64,000 bases of DNA, taken from positions 19,966,001 through 20,030,000 of the forward strand of contig CM059432.1 in the NCBI GenBank assembly GCA_030390025.1, written 5' to 3'. Position numbers and translations under genes: made by a program. The notes beneath the pieces are model-generated. The model was not told the origin of the DNA, ran no database searches, and worked only from the letters and a program-made list of their open reading frames with translations. Of this stretch, positions 1 through 12,876 are shown piece by piece. Numbering within the stretch: the first letter of the stretch is position 1; each line of letters begins with the position of its first letter. This DNA comes from Squalus acanthias (Eukaryota).

Positions 1-502
1 TAAACCTCCATTACGCACCAGTTCATTGATGCTTGTGAAATGTGGAACATGCTGTTGCTTGAAATAGAACCATTCACATCAAAGTTCAAGGCAGTGGTCA
101 GCCTCATAGCCACTGGCAGAGCCATGCCTATCCTGGACCTTGTCTGAAGGACTGCCTCCAGGAGATGCCATATTTCTGCAAATACCTCCCTAGTGAATTG
201 CACAACTCCTAAGGCATGTCTAGGTAGTTATGCCTTGGTCTGTGCACATGGGTGATTTGGTAAAGGCAGGTACAAGACTGCCTCTAAAGCCTCCTCAGAT
301 CCTCATCCATAACCAGCAAAGAGGGAGGTTTACCCAGCAGGAAGCATTCATTCCCTCCACCACCGGTGCAATGTGGTTGCAGTGTGTACGATCTACAAGA
401 TGCAATGCAACAACTCGCCAAGGCTTCTTCGACGGCACCTCCTAAACCCGCAACTTCTACCACCTAGAAGGACAAGGGCACCAGGCGCATGAGAACAACA
501 CT

Positions 503-1208
503 GGGCTGGATTTTGTCTTGGGGTCGGGTTGGGGTCGTGTAATCCGCATTTCGTGTTTCCCCCCCCGACTCCAGATTAATGTGGATGAATGATGCAATTT
601 TCACTTAATTGGGCAATTGAGTTCCAGCATGTGGGAACCCATGAACCAATTAGTGGTTTCAGTCTGTGAGTGGACCTGGATGCAAAATATGGGGGGGGAG
701 GGAGAAGGAGAGAGAGAGAGAGAGAGAGACAGAGACAGAGAGAGAGAGAGAGAATTTTTTTGCATCCAAGTCCTCTCACAGCAAAGGCCAGGCAGTCTCT
801 GAACACATTCAATGCAGCAGCGGCGACTTTCAGACCTAATACTACTACTACCTTCATCACATCTCCGTTGTAATAGTGGACCTGCAGCTGATAGTCAGCT
901 GTCCACTTGTGCTCCCGCCAGGTTTCACTGGAGTGTTTCACACCAGGCGTACTTCACGTCAGAAAAGGGTTAAACTAGCTAAAACGTTTCAAAATGGCAT
1001 TACAGAGCCAATTTAGAGCTTGTTAAGGGCTTTAATGGCCTCTCCCGCCTCTTGGAGGCGGGACGGAGTCTGGAACCCCGCGACTGATTTTGTCAAAATT
1101 GCGTGGAGGCGGGATGGAGTCGGGATGGGGTCGGAAACCCCGACCCCGCAAATTTAACCCCCCACACGCCTCCAAACCCGACTCCATGGGTCATTCAAAA
1201 TCCAGCCC
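503..1208. mobile_element. Non-autonomous DNA transposon (PIF/Harbinger-like MITE)
   Basis: TIR GGGCTGGATTTTG / CAAAATCCAGCCC; 3-bp TSD ACT (500-502, 1209-1211); internal (AG)n at ~709-752. Confidence 0.8.
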
Positions 1209-1264
1209 ACTGTCTCCAAGTTCCCCTCCAAGTCACACACCATCCTGACTTGGAACTATATTGC

Positions 1265-1746
1265 AGGTTCACCAGACTGATTCCTGGGATGGTAGGACTG
1301 TCGTATGAGGAGAGATTGGGTCGACTAGGCCTGTATTCACTAGAGTTTAGAAGAATGAGAGGGGATCTTGAAACGTATAAAATTCTGACAGGGCTAGACA
1401 GACTGATGCAGGGAGGATGTTTCCCCTGGCTGGGGGGTCTAGAACCAGGGGTCACAGGCTCAGGATACGGGGTAGGACATTTAGGACTGAGATGAGGAGA
1501 AATTTCTTCACTCAGAGGGTGGTGAACCTGTGGAATTCTCTACCACGGAAAGCTGTGGAGGCCAAGTCACTGAATATATTTAAGAAGGAGATAGAAAGAT
1601 TTCTAGACACAAAAGGCATCAAGGGGTATGGGGAGAGAGCGGGAATACGGTATTGAGATAGAGGATCAGCCATGATCATATTGAATGGTGGAGCAGGCTC
1701 GAAGGGACGAATGGCCTACTCCTGCTCCTATTTTTCTATGTTTCTA
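1265..1746 (+). mobile_element. CR1 (HER1-like) LINE 3' fragment
   Basis: Encodes RFTRLIPGMVGLSYEERLGRLGLYSLEFRRMRGDL...RVVNLWNSLP...GYGERAG; tail TTTCTATG repeats. Confidence 0.9.
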
Positions 1747-3244
1747 AGTTTCCTTCATCATTGCCGGGTCAAAATCCTAGAACTCCCTCCCTAACAGCGC
1801 TGTGGGACTGCAGCGGTTCAAGGCGGCGGCTCACCACCACCTTCTCAAGGGCAATTAGGGATGGGGAATAGATGCTGGCCAACGCCCACATCCCATTAAT
1901 GAATTTTAAAAAAAGGACGTCCACCTTCAGAATTGTGGCTGTGGCAACATAAAGTACAACTGGCAACAAGCCACAAATGGAAAATAGGGAGTTGAAAATT
2001 AATGGCAACAGTACTCCACAAGTGAACTGAACAACAAATGTTATTAAAAAAATGTAAAGACAATCAATCAACAAGTATTATAGCAAAGAAGATTATGAAG
2101 CTAATAATGAAACTCATCTTTAGATTGCATTATCTAAATAGATGAAGGTGCCTTCACGACAGCACTCGTTTCTTTCAGCAGCCGTCCTTTCAGCTGCCTA
2201 GGCCCTAAGCTCTGGAATTCCCTCCCTAAACCTCTCCACCTACCTCTCCTCCTTTAAGACAGCCTTAAAACCTGCCTCTTTTCATCTGTCCTTCGGGTGC
2301 TCGGTGTCAAATTTTGTTTGCTAACACTCCTGTGAATCTACGCACCTGGTAAAGTGACAAACACCATTTTTGCAATTTGAGAAACAACAGCAAGAGATTA
2401 TTGCCTGCCAGCAGATGGATGTTTTCCAATGAAGTATGAGAGCTTAAAATGCGAGGTGGACCTTTCCTACTCTGAGTATTTAATCAGAGACCCATGCAAA
2501 AATAGAAGTAAATTCAAACACATTTCCAGGAATGCAAACTCTCAAACAGTAGCGATGTTCTAATATGCATCAACACAGGAGGCTGGTGTTGACAAACTTG
2601 TTCATAATGGCCTAACTGCCGACTGGATTTGGGTGACATTCCTCATTCACCAAGTCATCAGTAATTTCGAGGTGTTCAATTCCAAGTTAGGAGTCATAAA
2701 AATGATCTAAGTGAGCTACTATTTTTTTTTGTCCTTTCTTACTTGAAAGCATCATTTTGCATAAGTGCCCTAAGGAGGAAACAGAATAAGAAATGTAATA
2801 TCCAAGCCATCTGATTATCATACTTCATAACACATGAAGAGGTCATCTCCATGTAGTCTTCTCCTTATTTCAGGGCAATGACGTCACAATTAAGGGCAGA
2901 TGGCAGTAAGAAAACAAAATAAGTGTAGTGCCGTCACTGAAACCATCCACAAGCTGTACAGCGATTTACATTGAACTTTTAGCATTTTCTCTTTAATTGT
3001 TCACATGCTGTGTGGTATCAATGGAATATATGACCAAAAGTCATGGAATTTGATCTATATCTGATTTGCGAGACTGATCATTACTTCATTGGCCATCTGC
3101 AGGCCACACTCATTGATTACATATATTATATCCCACATGTCCTTGTTGCACATTCTCTGTACATCCTCTCACCACCAACCCAAATTCATTTTATGGATCC
3201 AATTAAATATAAACATATTCCCCATGACATTCGATGGCACCACA

Positions 3245-3445
3245 CTCGTTTTCAGGATCAAAATGGGCACCTAAATGTCCAATAAGGCAGAGGAGGCAAG
3301 CACGCTCATTACGTGCCGGAAGTGCGCCACCCGCCATATTGGTTATAGCAGAAAAATTAGCGTCCAGGACTGGCGCCTGAAACAGGCATTAGTCACTTTG
3401 CATAAGCAAATAGGGAGCTTAATGCTTGTTTGAGGCCCCCTTTGT
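3245..3445 (+). mobile_element. Dispersed repeat end (MITE-like) upstream of minisatellite 1
   Basis: Homologous to the reverse complement of 53140-53345 (shared acgctcattac..gccggaa.tgcg...cccgccatattgg...ctttgcata...taatgc.tgtttga.gcccc). Confidence 0.7.
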
Positions 3446-3591
3446 AAATCTGTGCTGCATGTGGCCGAACCAGAGAAAACCACTGGAGGCCACCACCAAA
3501 AAGTTAAGTTTGGGGAAAGGTTCTTTTTTCCGTTTTGGGCACCCAACTCTACTGCAGTATCAAAAATCTTTGCTGGCCCCTGCTCAACCTC

Positions 3592-6500
3592 CTCCCGATC
3601 ACCCACCCTCCCTCTCCCGATCACTGCCTACCCCTCTCCCGATCGCTGCCCCATCCCTCTCCCGATCACTGTCCCATCCCTCTCCCGATCACTGTCCCAT
3701 CCCTCTCCCGATCACTGCCCACCCCTCTCCTGATCGCTGCCCCATCCCTCTCCCGATCACTGTCCCATCCCTCTCCCGATCACTGTCCCATCCCTCTCCC
3801 GATCACTGTCCCATCCCTCTCCCGATCACTGCCCACCCCTCTCCCGATCACTGTCCCATCCCTCTCCCGATCGCTGCCCACCCCTCTCCCGATCGCTGCC
3901 CCATCCCTCTCCCGATCGCTGCCCCATCCCTCTCCCGATAGCTGTCCCATCCCTCTCCCGATCGCTGTCCCATCCCTCTCCCGATCGCTGCCCCATCCCT
4001 CTCCCGATCGCTGTCCCATCCCTCTCCCGATCACTGTCCCATCCCTCTCCCGATCGCTGTCCAATCCCTCTCCCGATCGCTGTCCCATCCCTCTCCCGAT
4101 AGCTGTCCCATCCCTCTCCCGATCACTGTCCCATCCCTCTCACGATAGCTGTCCCATCCCACTCCCGATCACTGTCCCATCCCTCTCCCGATAGCTGTCC
4201 CATCCCACTCCCGATCACTGCCCCATCCCTCTCCCGATAGCTGTCCTATCCCTCTCCTGATCACTGTCCCATCCCTCTCACGATAGCTGTCCCATCCCAC
4301 TCCCGATCACTTTCCCATCCCTCTCCCGATAGCTGTCCCATCCCACTCCCGATCACTGCCCCATCCCTCTCCCGATAGCTGTCCCATCCCTCTCCCGATC
4401 GCTGTCCCATCCCTCTCACGATAGCTGTCCCATCCCACTCCCGATCACTGTCCCATCCCTCTCCCGATAGCTGTCCCATCCCACTCCCGATCACTGCCCC
4501 ATCCCTCTCCCGATAGCTGTCCCATCCCACTCCCGATCGCTGCCCCATCCCTCTCCCGATCGCTGCCACTCCCTCTCCCGATCACTGTCCCATCCCTCTC
4601 CCGATCACTGTCCCATCCCTCTCCCGATCACTGTCCCATCCCTCTCCCGATCGCTGCCCCTCCCTCTCCCGATCACTGCCCCTCCCTCTCCCGATCGCTG
4701 CCCCTCCCTCTCCCGATCGCTGCCCCTCCCTCTCCCGATCGCTGCCCCTCCCTCTCCCGATCGCTACCCCTCCCTCTCCCGATCACCCCCCCTCCAGATC
4801 ACTGCCCCTCCCTCTCCCGATCACTGCCCCTCCCTCTCCCGATCACTGCCCCTCCCTCACCCGATCACTGCCCCTCCCTCTCCCGATCACTGCCCCACCC
4901 GCTCCCGATCACTGCCCCTCCCTCTCCCGATCACTGCCCCTCCCTCTCCCGATCACTGCGCTCCATCTCCCGATCGCTGCCCCTCCCTCTCCCGATCGCT
5001 GCCCCTCCCTCTCCCGATCGCTGCCCCTCCCTCTCCCGATCGCTGCCCCTCCCTCTCCCGATCGCTGCCCCTCCCTCTCCCGATCACTGCCCCTCCCTCT
5101 CCCGATCACTGCCCCTCCCTCTCCCGATCGCTGCTCCCAACCTCTCCCGATCACTACACCCTACTTCTCCCGATCGCTGTCCTCACTCTCTCTCCCTCTC
5201 CTCACTCGCCCTCTCCCAATCCTCACTCTCCCTCTCCCTCTCCTCACTCTCTCTCTCTCCCGATCGCTGTCCTCACTCTCTCTCCCTCTCCCTCTCCTCA
5301 CTCGCCCTCTCCCGATTCTCACTCTCCCTCCCGATCGCTGTCCTCACTCTCTCTCTCCCGATCACTGTCCTCACTCTCTCTCTCCCGATCGCTGTCCTCA
5401 CTCTCTCTCTCCCTCTCCCTCTCCTCACTTGCCCTCTCCCGATTCTCACTCTCCCTCTCTCTCCCGATCGCTGTCCTCACTCTCCCTCTCCCGATCGCTG
5501 TCCTCACTCTCCCTCTCCCGATCGCTGTCCTCACTCACTCTCTCCCGATCGCTGTCCTCACTCACTCTCTCCCGATCGCTGTCCTCACTCACTCTCTCCC
5601 GATCGCTGTCCTCACTCTCTCTCTCCCGATCGCTGTCCTCACTCTCTCTCTCCCTCTCCCTCTCCTCACTCGCCCTCTCCCGATTCTCACTCTCCCTCTC
5701 TCTCCCGATCGCTGTCCTCACTCTCTCTCTCCCGATCGCTGTCCTCACTCACTCTCTCCCGATCGCTGTCCTCACTCACTCTCTCCCGATCGCTGTCCTC
5801 ACTCTCGCTCTTCCGATCGCTGTCCTCACTCTCGCTCTTCCGATCGCTGTCCTCACTCTCTCTCTCCCGATCGCTGTCCTCACTCTCTCTCTCCCTCTCC
5901 TCACTCGCCCTCTCCCGATGCTCACTCTCCCTCTCTCTCCCGATCGCTGTCCTCACTCTCTCTCTCCCGATCGCTGTCCTCACTCACTCTCTCCCGATCG
6001 CTGTCCTCACTCTCGCTCTTCCGATCGCTGTCCTCACTCTCGCTCTTCCGATCGCTGTCCTCACTCTCTCTCTCCCGATCGCTGTCCTCACTCTCTCTCT
6101 CCCGATCGCTGTCCTCACTCTCTCTCTCCCTCTCCCTCTCCTCACTCGCCCTCTCCCGATTCTCACTCTCCCTCTCTCTCCCGATCGCTGTCCTCACTCT
6201 CTCTCTCCCGATCGCTGTCCTCACTCACTCTCTCCCGATCGCTGTCCTCACTCTCTCTCTATCGATCGCTGTCCTCACTCACTCTCTCCCGATCGCTGTC
6301 CTCACTCTCGCTCTTCCGATCGCTGTCCTCACTCTCTCTCTCCCGATCGCTGTCCTCACTCACTCTCTCCCGATCGCTGTCCTCACTCTCTCTCTCCCGA
6401 TCGCTGTCCTCACTCTCTCTCTCCCGATCGCTGTCCTCACTCTCCCTCTCCCGATCGCTGTCCTCACTCTCCCTCTCCCGATCGCTGTCCTCACTCTCGC

Positions 6501-6700
6501 TCTCCCGATCGCTGTCCTCACTCTCCCTCTCCCGATCACTGTCCTCACTCTCTCTCTCCCGATCGCTGTCCTCACTCACTCTCTCCCGATTGCTGTCCTC
6601 ACTCTCTCTCTCCCGATCGCTGTCCTCACTCTCTCCCTCTCCCAATCCTAACTCTCCCTCTCCTCACTCTCCCTCTCCCAATCGCAGTCCCCTCGCTCTC
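3592..6700 (+). repeat. Pyrimidine-rich minisatellite with CCCGATC core; three sub-arrays with ~23, ~22 and ~27 bp units
   Basis: Units ccctctcccgatcactgtcccat (to ~4650), ccctctcccgatcgctgcccct (to ~5155) and ctctcccgatcgctgtcctcactctct (to ~6700). Confidence 0.95.
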
Positions 6701-8599
6701 CCTCTTCAAATCATTAAAAAAAAGCTTGGAGTTTTAAAAGATTCTCGGAAAAAGGACAGACTGAATTACACACGTACTTACATAAAGTATCAGATTTATC
6801 TTTGAGTGCTTTTCTCAAATTTCAGTTTCAAACCTTCGTTAATGGGTCACAAACCCATTAACAAGTGAGGTGAATAATGAGGTTCACCGTATAAGGTGCA
6901 CAACAGAGTGCAGGTTACGTAGAAGATCACCTTGAAAAATGGCTAGGTTTGCAGATCCTTGAAATCATCACTATCACATTGGAATGTCATTATCACTTTG
7001 CTGATTGTGGGAGCTTGCTGTGCAGAAATTGGATGCCCTGTTTCCTACATTACAACAGTGACTACAATTCAAAAGAACGTCATTGGCTGTAAAGTGCTTT
7101 GGGATGTCCTGAGGTCGTGAAAGGCGCTATATAAATCTAAGTCTTTCTTTCTTATTTTATGTTTACTTCAATTGCTTTGCAAAGTTACTGAACTGTATTT
7201 GCTGTGTCTAGCCTGCCAGTTCAAATATTGGGACTGAGTTGTTGGTCAAGACAGGCTATCTGACCTTCTAATACATACACTGCCATTTAAGCTATTTACC
7301 AAACTGAAACACGCTTGGAGGAGAACAGAAGGCTGATTAGTGACTGGAGGGCACTCTGGATTTATGACCTTTACTGTGTTTAGATCGTGAGAAAAGGGCA
7401 AGGGCTGCAATCAGTCTTTCTCCATGCTTCAATCTAGTTATCAGAGTACTGGTATTATTTTGCCACTCTCTGATCAATATCTGTTACAATAAGACAGTGC
7501 TGCTCGTGTGTGTGAAGTTGGTCAGTGATCTTCCTCCTTGTGATACAATAACTGATGACAACAAATGAGTTGTGCTTGGCTGGTATTGGGATATACTCCT
7601 ACTGGTGCAAAATTAGAAACCAATAATAAAAAGCTTGGGTAAATCTAACCGTTTAATCTATCTGCAGGGATGTCGATACTGGATAAATATCTTTCTTTAG
7701 TCTATAAAGAGCAAATCTCATCAACGAGACCCAGCTTAAAAACGGGTTCCAATTGGTCGCGTTGATTTGGAGGACTAATTAACGATCGTGCGTAGTCTGG
7801 TTCACACAATTTGCAGAGGCACAAACGGCATTCCAGGTGTTGTGGTTCATTACTTCATGCTTTCCATTCTGCCTGTGGCTAGTATCCACTGCAAACAGCA
7901 AAAGCCGCCAAGCTGTGAGAAGAGATAGTGGTGACACTGCTTCAATTTTCTTCAGGTGCGAGACAAAACAATGCGTGCTGGCAGATCATTCCACCATGGA
8001 GGGCAATGCAGGTCGGCCCAATTCTACCCGCATTTACATCCACAGGCACAAACCATCCGGCAGGGATCACTGGGGAGGTCAGGGATCAGGGAGCTTGGCT
8101 AAACGTTCCCCTTGCCTAGCCTAGGACTGCTGAAGTAGTTGTCGTGCCCTTAAATTCAGTGTGCCGTATATTGACTTTAGTGCCCATTTTTTTCTTTCAG
8201 CTCTATTAGTCAGAGAAAAGAAAAACAGTTCACTCTTATTTTTCTTCCCCCATTCAGCTGGAAGTTCTATTTCACTCACCTCCTTCATTCTCCATCCCAT
8301 TGTTATTTCCTTTTTACTGCATAAAAACTGCTATATAAATGCAGGTTGTTGTTGCTGTTACGTTTGATATATTTCTCTCTGCTTTAACTTAAATATCACC
8401 TTCTCAGCTCAGATTCTATTCCTTTCGGGTATTTTCTGTTCAGCATTCTTAAATATTTATACAGTAAACGCTGATGATATCATTTGGGAGAATTAGTTAG
8501 TGAGACCGACAGTGCAAATAAAAATAATGTAACACTTCCACGGTTAAAAGTGGCAAGATCATCGAGTTATTAACTATAGGTTGCAACATCGCACTTAAT

Positions 8600-9371
8600 G
8601 GCCCAAAAATTCATCCCGGTGCGCGAGAGTACGCACTGCGTACTCTCGCGTATTCCCTCTGCAATTGCCGGTTTTCTGCATGCCCTGCGCATGCGCTGAA
8701 AACCGGCAATTGCTCTTTTGAAAAGGGGGTGGTTCCTCGGTGCATCGCGTGCGCGCTACAGGCTGCGCGCACGCTGTGCACGCTACAGGCTGCGCGCACG
8801 CTGTGCACTTCATGCTTTGGACGCGCAGGTAAGTACGGAAGATTTTAGAAATGTAAAAAGGAGGAGTAAGACCCACTTTTAACAAGGTAAGTAGTGAATT
8901 AAGTATTTTTTTGAATTTTTTTTTTACAGGTATATCTTTTTTAGAGACTTTAAAGACAGGTAAGTTTATTTTTATAACTTTTTAAAAGATTTTAAATTTT
9001 TTCAAAAATTTAATTTTTTATTTAAAATGGTTAATTTATTTAACTATACTTATTTTATTAATGTGATGGTTTTTTTTTTAAATTTAATTGAGGTTTAGCT
9101 GTTATTTTGGGGGGGTGTAAGATCCATAGATTTCACAGCCGTGCTGTGAAACTTATGAATGGAAGATGGTGTGCTGCCATTGGCTCTAACTGAGTCACGT
9201 GATCCCACAGCTCGCACGAATTCACTACGCCGGTGGGATACGCAAGCACTGCCCGGCTGATGTCTGGAACATCAAGTTCGTGCGAGCTGGATCTGAAAAA
9301 GCACAAGCGAGGTGAGAGATCGCGGGGAAGGCTTACCCCCGCGGGAACAGAGCGAGATCAATTTCTGGGCC
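8600..9371. mobile_element. Non-autonomous DNA transposon (Harbinger-like MITE)
   Basis: Imperfect TIR GGCCCAAAAATT / AATTTCTGGGCC flanked by AAT/ATT; CpG-rich ends and an AT-rich core. Confidence 0.65.
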
Positions 9372-9734
9372 ATTATATTAACTTCATCTCTCTGTTATTT
9401 TAGTGGAGAAATAAACTTGCCTATGTTAAAATGCTGGACCAAGGAGTCTGGCATAAACACAATGATAATATCACACAGCCTAATTTCCAGACTTGCATTT
9501 CCACTGAAGTTAAATTAAATCGGGAACAGTAGCATAGTGGTTATGTTACTCGACCAGTAATCCAGAGGCCTGGGCTAATCATTCGGAGACATGAGTTCAA
9601 ATCCCATGGCAGCTGGTTGAGGTTGCATCCTCTGCAATGAAGAAAAAATGTGCCTAAAGGTTGGTGGGGTTCAGGAAGAGGATGTCAGGCCCTACCTCAG
9701 CATAAAGAGTAACATTTTGCATACACATGGGAAT

Positions 9735-10094
9735 GGTGGCGTATTGGTAATGTCACTGGGCTAGTAATCCAGAGGCCTGGACTAATGATCCAGAGACGTG
9801 AGTTCAAATCCCACCACGGCAGCTGGGGAATTTAAATTCAGTTAATTAAATAAATCTGGAATAAAAAGCTAGTATCTACCGGATTGGCGTAAAAACCCAT
9901 CTGGTTCATTAATGTCCTTTAGGGAAGGAAATCTGCCGTCCTTACCCGGTCTGGCCTATATGTGACTCCAGACCCACAGCAATGTGGTTGATTCTTAACT
10001 GTCCTCTGAAATGGCCTAGCAAGCCACTCAACTGCTACAAAGAACAGTGGTTCTCAAGGGCAATTAGGGTTGGGCAATAAATGCTGGCCTTGCC
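9735..10094 (+). mobile_element. tRNA-derived SINE sharing both head/body and 3' tail with the 33566-36970 LINE
   Basis: 9735-10030 matches the reverse complement of 36674-36970; 10050-10094 (ttctcaagggcaattaggg.tgggcaataaatgctggccttgcc) matches the LINE 3' end. A head-only fragment lies at 9527-9617. Confidence 0.85.
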
Positions 10095-10574
10095 CCTAAC
10101 GCGATCAGTATTCACTGATTAGACCAAAATACTGAAAGAAACAGTAGATCAGCAGAAGGAGAAAAATACTGTAATTACAATTTTTAAACAGCCCCAAGGA
10201 TAACCGATTGAGTTAATGATCTTGTCGTTTTAAGTCATTTTTCTGATGAATTTTTGATTTGAACCAGTATTTATTCTTTTATTATTGAGCAACCTCAGTA
10301 AAGATCGAGAACTATCAAGGTTGAAAAGAATAGACAAAATAAAACAAGTAGCATTGTTTAGGTGACATCAAGCTAGTAGATTAGAGGACAGAGTGGGGAA
10401 AAATTTCCTTAGTTTTAAGGTCCTAGGAAAGAGTGAGTTAGAGTATGAGACAATGTGATGATTCTTTATTTTCAATATAGTGAGGAGGCAGAGAGGCTGA
10501 AGATTGTGTAGGATGACAAGTTTGGAGCGAAGAGGATTAAGATAGGAAAGTTCATAGGAGCAATTGGTATGGTA

Positions 10575-10866
10575 AAGAAAGGTCTTGCATTTATATAACG
10601 CCTTTCACGACCTCAGTTTTTCTCAAAGCGCTTCAGAGCCAATAAAATACTTTTGAAGTGGAGTGGCTGTTGTAATGTAAGAAACGCGGCAGCCAATTTG
10701 CACACAGCAGATCCCACAACCAACAATGAGAAAATGACCAGATAATCCGTTTATGGTGCCATTGGTTAAGGAATAAATGATAGTGAGAACACCGGGAAAA
10801 CTCTGCTAAAATTTTTTACGGCATCTGAAAGGGCAGAAGGGGCCTCGAATTAATGCCTCATCCAAA
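10575..10866 (-). mobile_element. Deu-domain-type SINE with L2-like tail (SacSINE1-like), partial
   Basis: Matches 18533-18910. Further fragments at ~7000-7152, 25140-25469, 26920-27052, 42545-42655 and 44520-44610. Confidence 0.7.
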
Positions 10867-12065
10867 TGCCTCTATAGTAGTATATAACATTGACAGAGAG
10901 AGGGAGAGAAGATGATGTTGACAGGCAGAAGTAACAGAATGATGCATTACACCAAAAAGCACTCTGCATTTTTGGGTTCGAAAAGGAATATAATAGTGCT
11001 TTCCGAATACTTATCCAGGCTATAGTCAAGGAGAATTAGGGAAGAACTGTCTGTTTGCTATGTGCCCTGACAGTGTAAACATGCTGAAACCGCGCATAAC
11101 GCACAGAGGAAACTTACTACGTCTCTTCTGATCACTGTCAGAGTTTTGCTGCCAAGCCGTGCAGCATCACAGCCAATGAGTATTTAAATGGCTGATGTCA
11201 AATGCCCAAGAGCTACTTTATATCAACATGAACCCAGACATTGTCCCATAATTTCCTCTTGACTTGAGATTTCCATTCAGTGGTCCCAGATATATAAATA
11301 CATCACCAGAAAAGGCGCAAAGCAAAGGAATGCATCAATATGAAGCATCTCAGTTTCTAACAGCACAGCTGAAGAAACCAAAAGACAATTCCAATCACTT
11401 CCATATAATTTATAGAAGAATAGATTAAATAAATCAGGAGTCAGAAGGGTTCCAATGCTGTACCTTTATAAAGGCAGGAATGAACTGCTGTAAAAACGAA
11501 TCCATTTAAAGTAAATAGCATGTGTTAAATAGCCATATTGCACTGTGCATTCTGTATCAAAAATATCTCCAGTCATGAAGAAACCATAATCCATGATTTT
11601 GCTGCTGGTGATTTTACCTGATGACGCTCCTGTGAAGTGCTTTGGGACAATTTACTACGCAAGTTGTTGTGAGTTAGTTGGTCAGCTTTCCCTCTGTAAA
11701 TATTTCTAATGTTACACTGCTGTCACCAGCATGTACCAGTTCATGATAACACACGTCTTTTTTTTTTTGACTCCCAGAGGCCATTCTTGTTTCCTCTTAC
11801 TATGCTGTCAACAAAAAAAAAAAGGCTTTCTGTGCATTTTTCAAAAAAGCCTGGACTCTCACTAAAATATGCTGATAGTCTGTACGATATGAGCTGGGGA
11901 GGGTGGCGCTATATTTGGAGTCTTGCCATAAGTTTGTCACGAGGTAATCCTTGTAGTTTATAACACTTTTTTAAAATAGTACTCGGGGGATCTTCCATCA
12001 GATTCTGGAGATTCAGTTTAAGGACAGCCTGAAGTGCCAAGAAATTTCTCTAAACCGCACACTGG

Positions 12066-12658
12066 AGTGGGAATTTTAACTGGGAATGGGATTCGGGTGG
12101 GTGGGGGAGGGGCGAGCAAATGTGCCTGAAGTTGGCAGCGTGAGGCCTGGGTGACCTTATCAGTTAGGCCTCATCTGCAGGCCACCGGTTACGGGTGGAA
12201 AGCGGTAGCTAGCCAGCAGGGTGGGAGTGGGGGCTCGGGGAGCAGGAGGCCGCCGGCACTAAAGGAATGTTCGTCGGTGAGAAGGCAAGTCACGAGGAGG
12301 GGGTTTTCGGGAGGGTCTTGCCGAAGGGAAGGGAAGGGAAGGAAGGCGGGTGGGAGCCTTGGGACAGAGGAGGGCTCAACTTTCCTTAAACGGCATCTTC
12401 TAGTTCCGGATCGTCTTCTCGTTGTCTTCCCGTGCCCAGAAAGGCTTCCCCGCTCAGGCCAGAGTTAAAATTCCAATCGGGGCCTGATGATGTAATCGGA
12501 GCCCAATCTGCATATTTAAACAAGGCCTCTGTGGGTGCCTTTGCTGCCTGCTCAGAGGAGCTTGTTAAAATCAGGACTGGCGTGAAGCCGGCAGGAAATC
12601 GGTGAGGAAATCACCCAGGGAGGTTTCCGCCGGGCGGGTAGGGTTAAAATCACCCCCC
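12066..12658. mobile_element. Harbinger-like non-autonomous element (ATTTTAAC/GTTAAAAT termini family)
   Basis: Right part 12460-12658 is homologous to 58040-58270; ends gggttaaaatcacccc. Confidence 0.6.
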
Positions 12659-12876
12659 GAGAGTCTGAATTTTGAAATGGAAGTCTATGTCTCCCTGCTG
12701 ACCTCTGGGTCATTAATGCTTCCAATGAATGTTCAATGGCAGCGTCGTAAATGCCAGACCCCAAGCCATCATCCCACCTCTTGCCATACCTAGTGTTGGT
12801 TGTGACTATGACAATTGTTAAATGCAAATCCTGCAATAGCCAACAGTGACCAAACATCTCAGATGCGGTCGCTCAC

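Larger units (their letters stand above)
345..1914 (+). mobile_element. 5'-truncated copy of the same LINE family, split by two later insertions
   Basis: Colinear with 60745-61140 once 503-1208 and 1265-1746 are removed. Confidence 0.85.

Noticed and set aside
3426..6805. Ser/Leu/Pro- and Arg/Glu-rich ORFs (up to 458 aa)
   Set aside because: Translations of minisatellite 1.
8600..8840. CpG-rich patch as a promoter CpG island
   Set aside because: It lies inside a TIR-bounded transposon and includes a short local tandem duplication.
9527..9810. tRNA gene calls
   Set aside because: A/B boxes are present but there is no complete cloverleaf, and they continue into SINE body.
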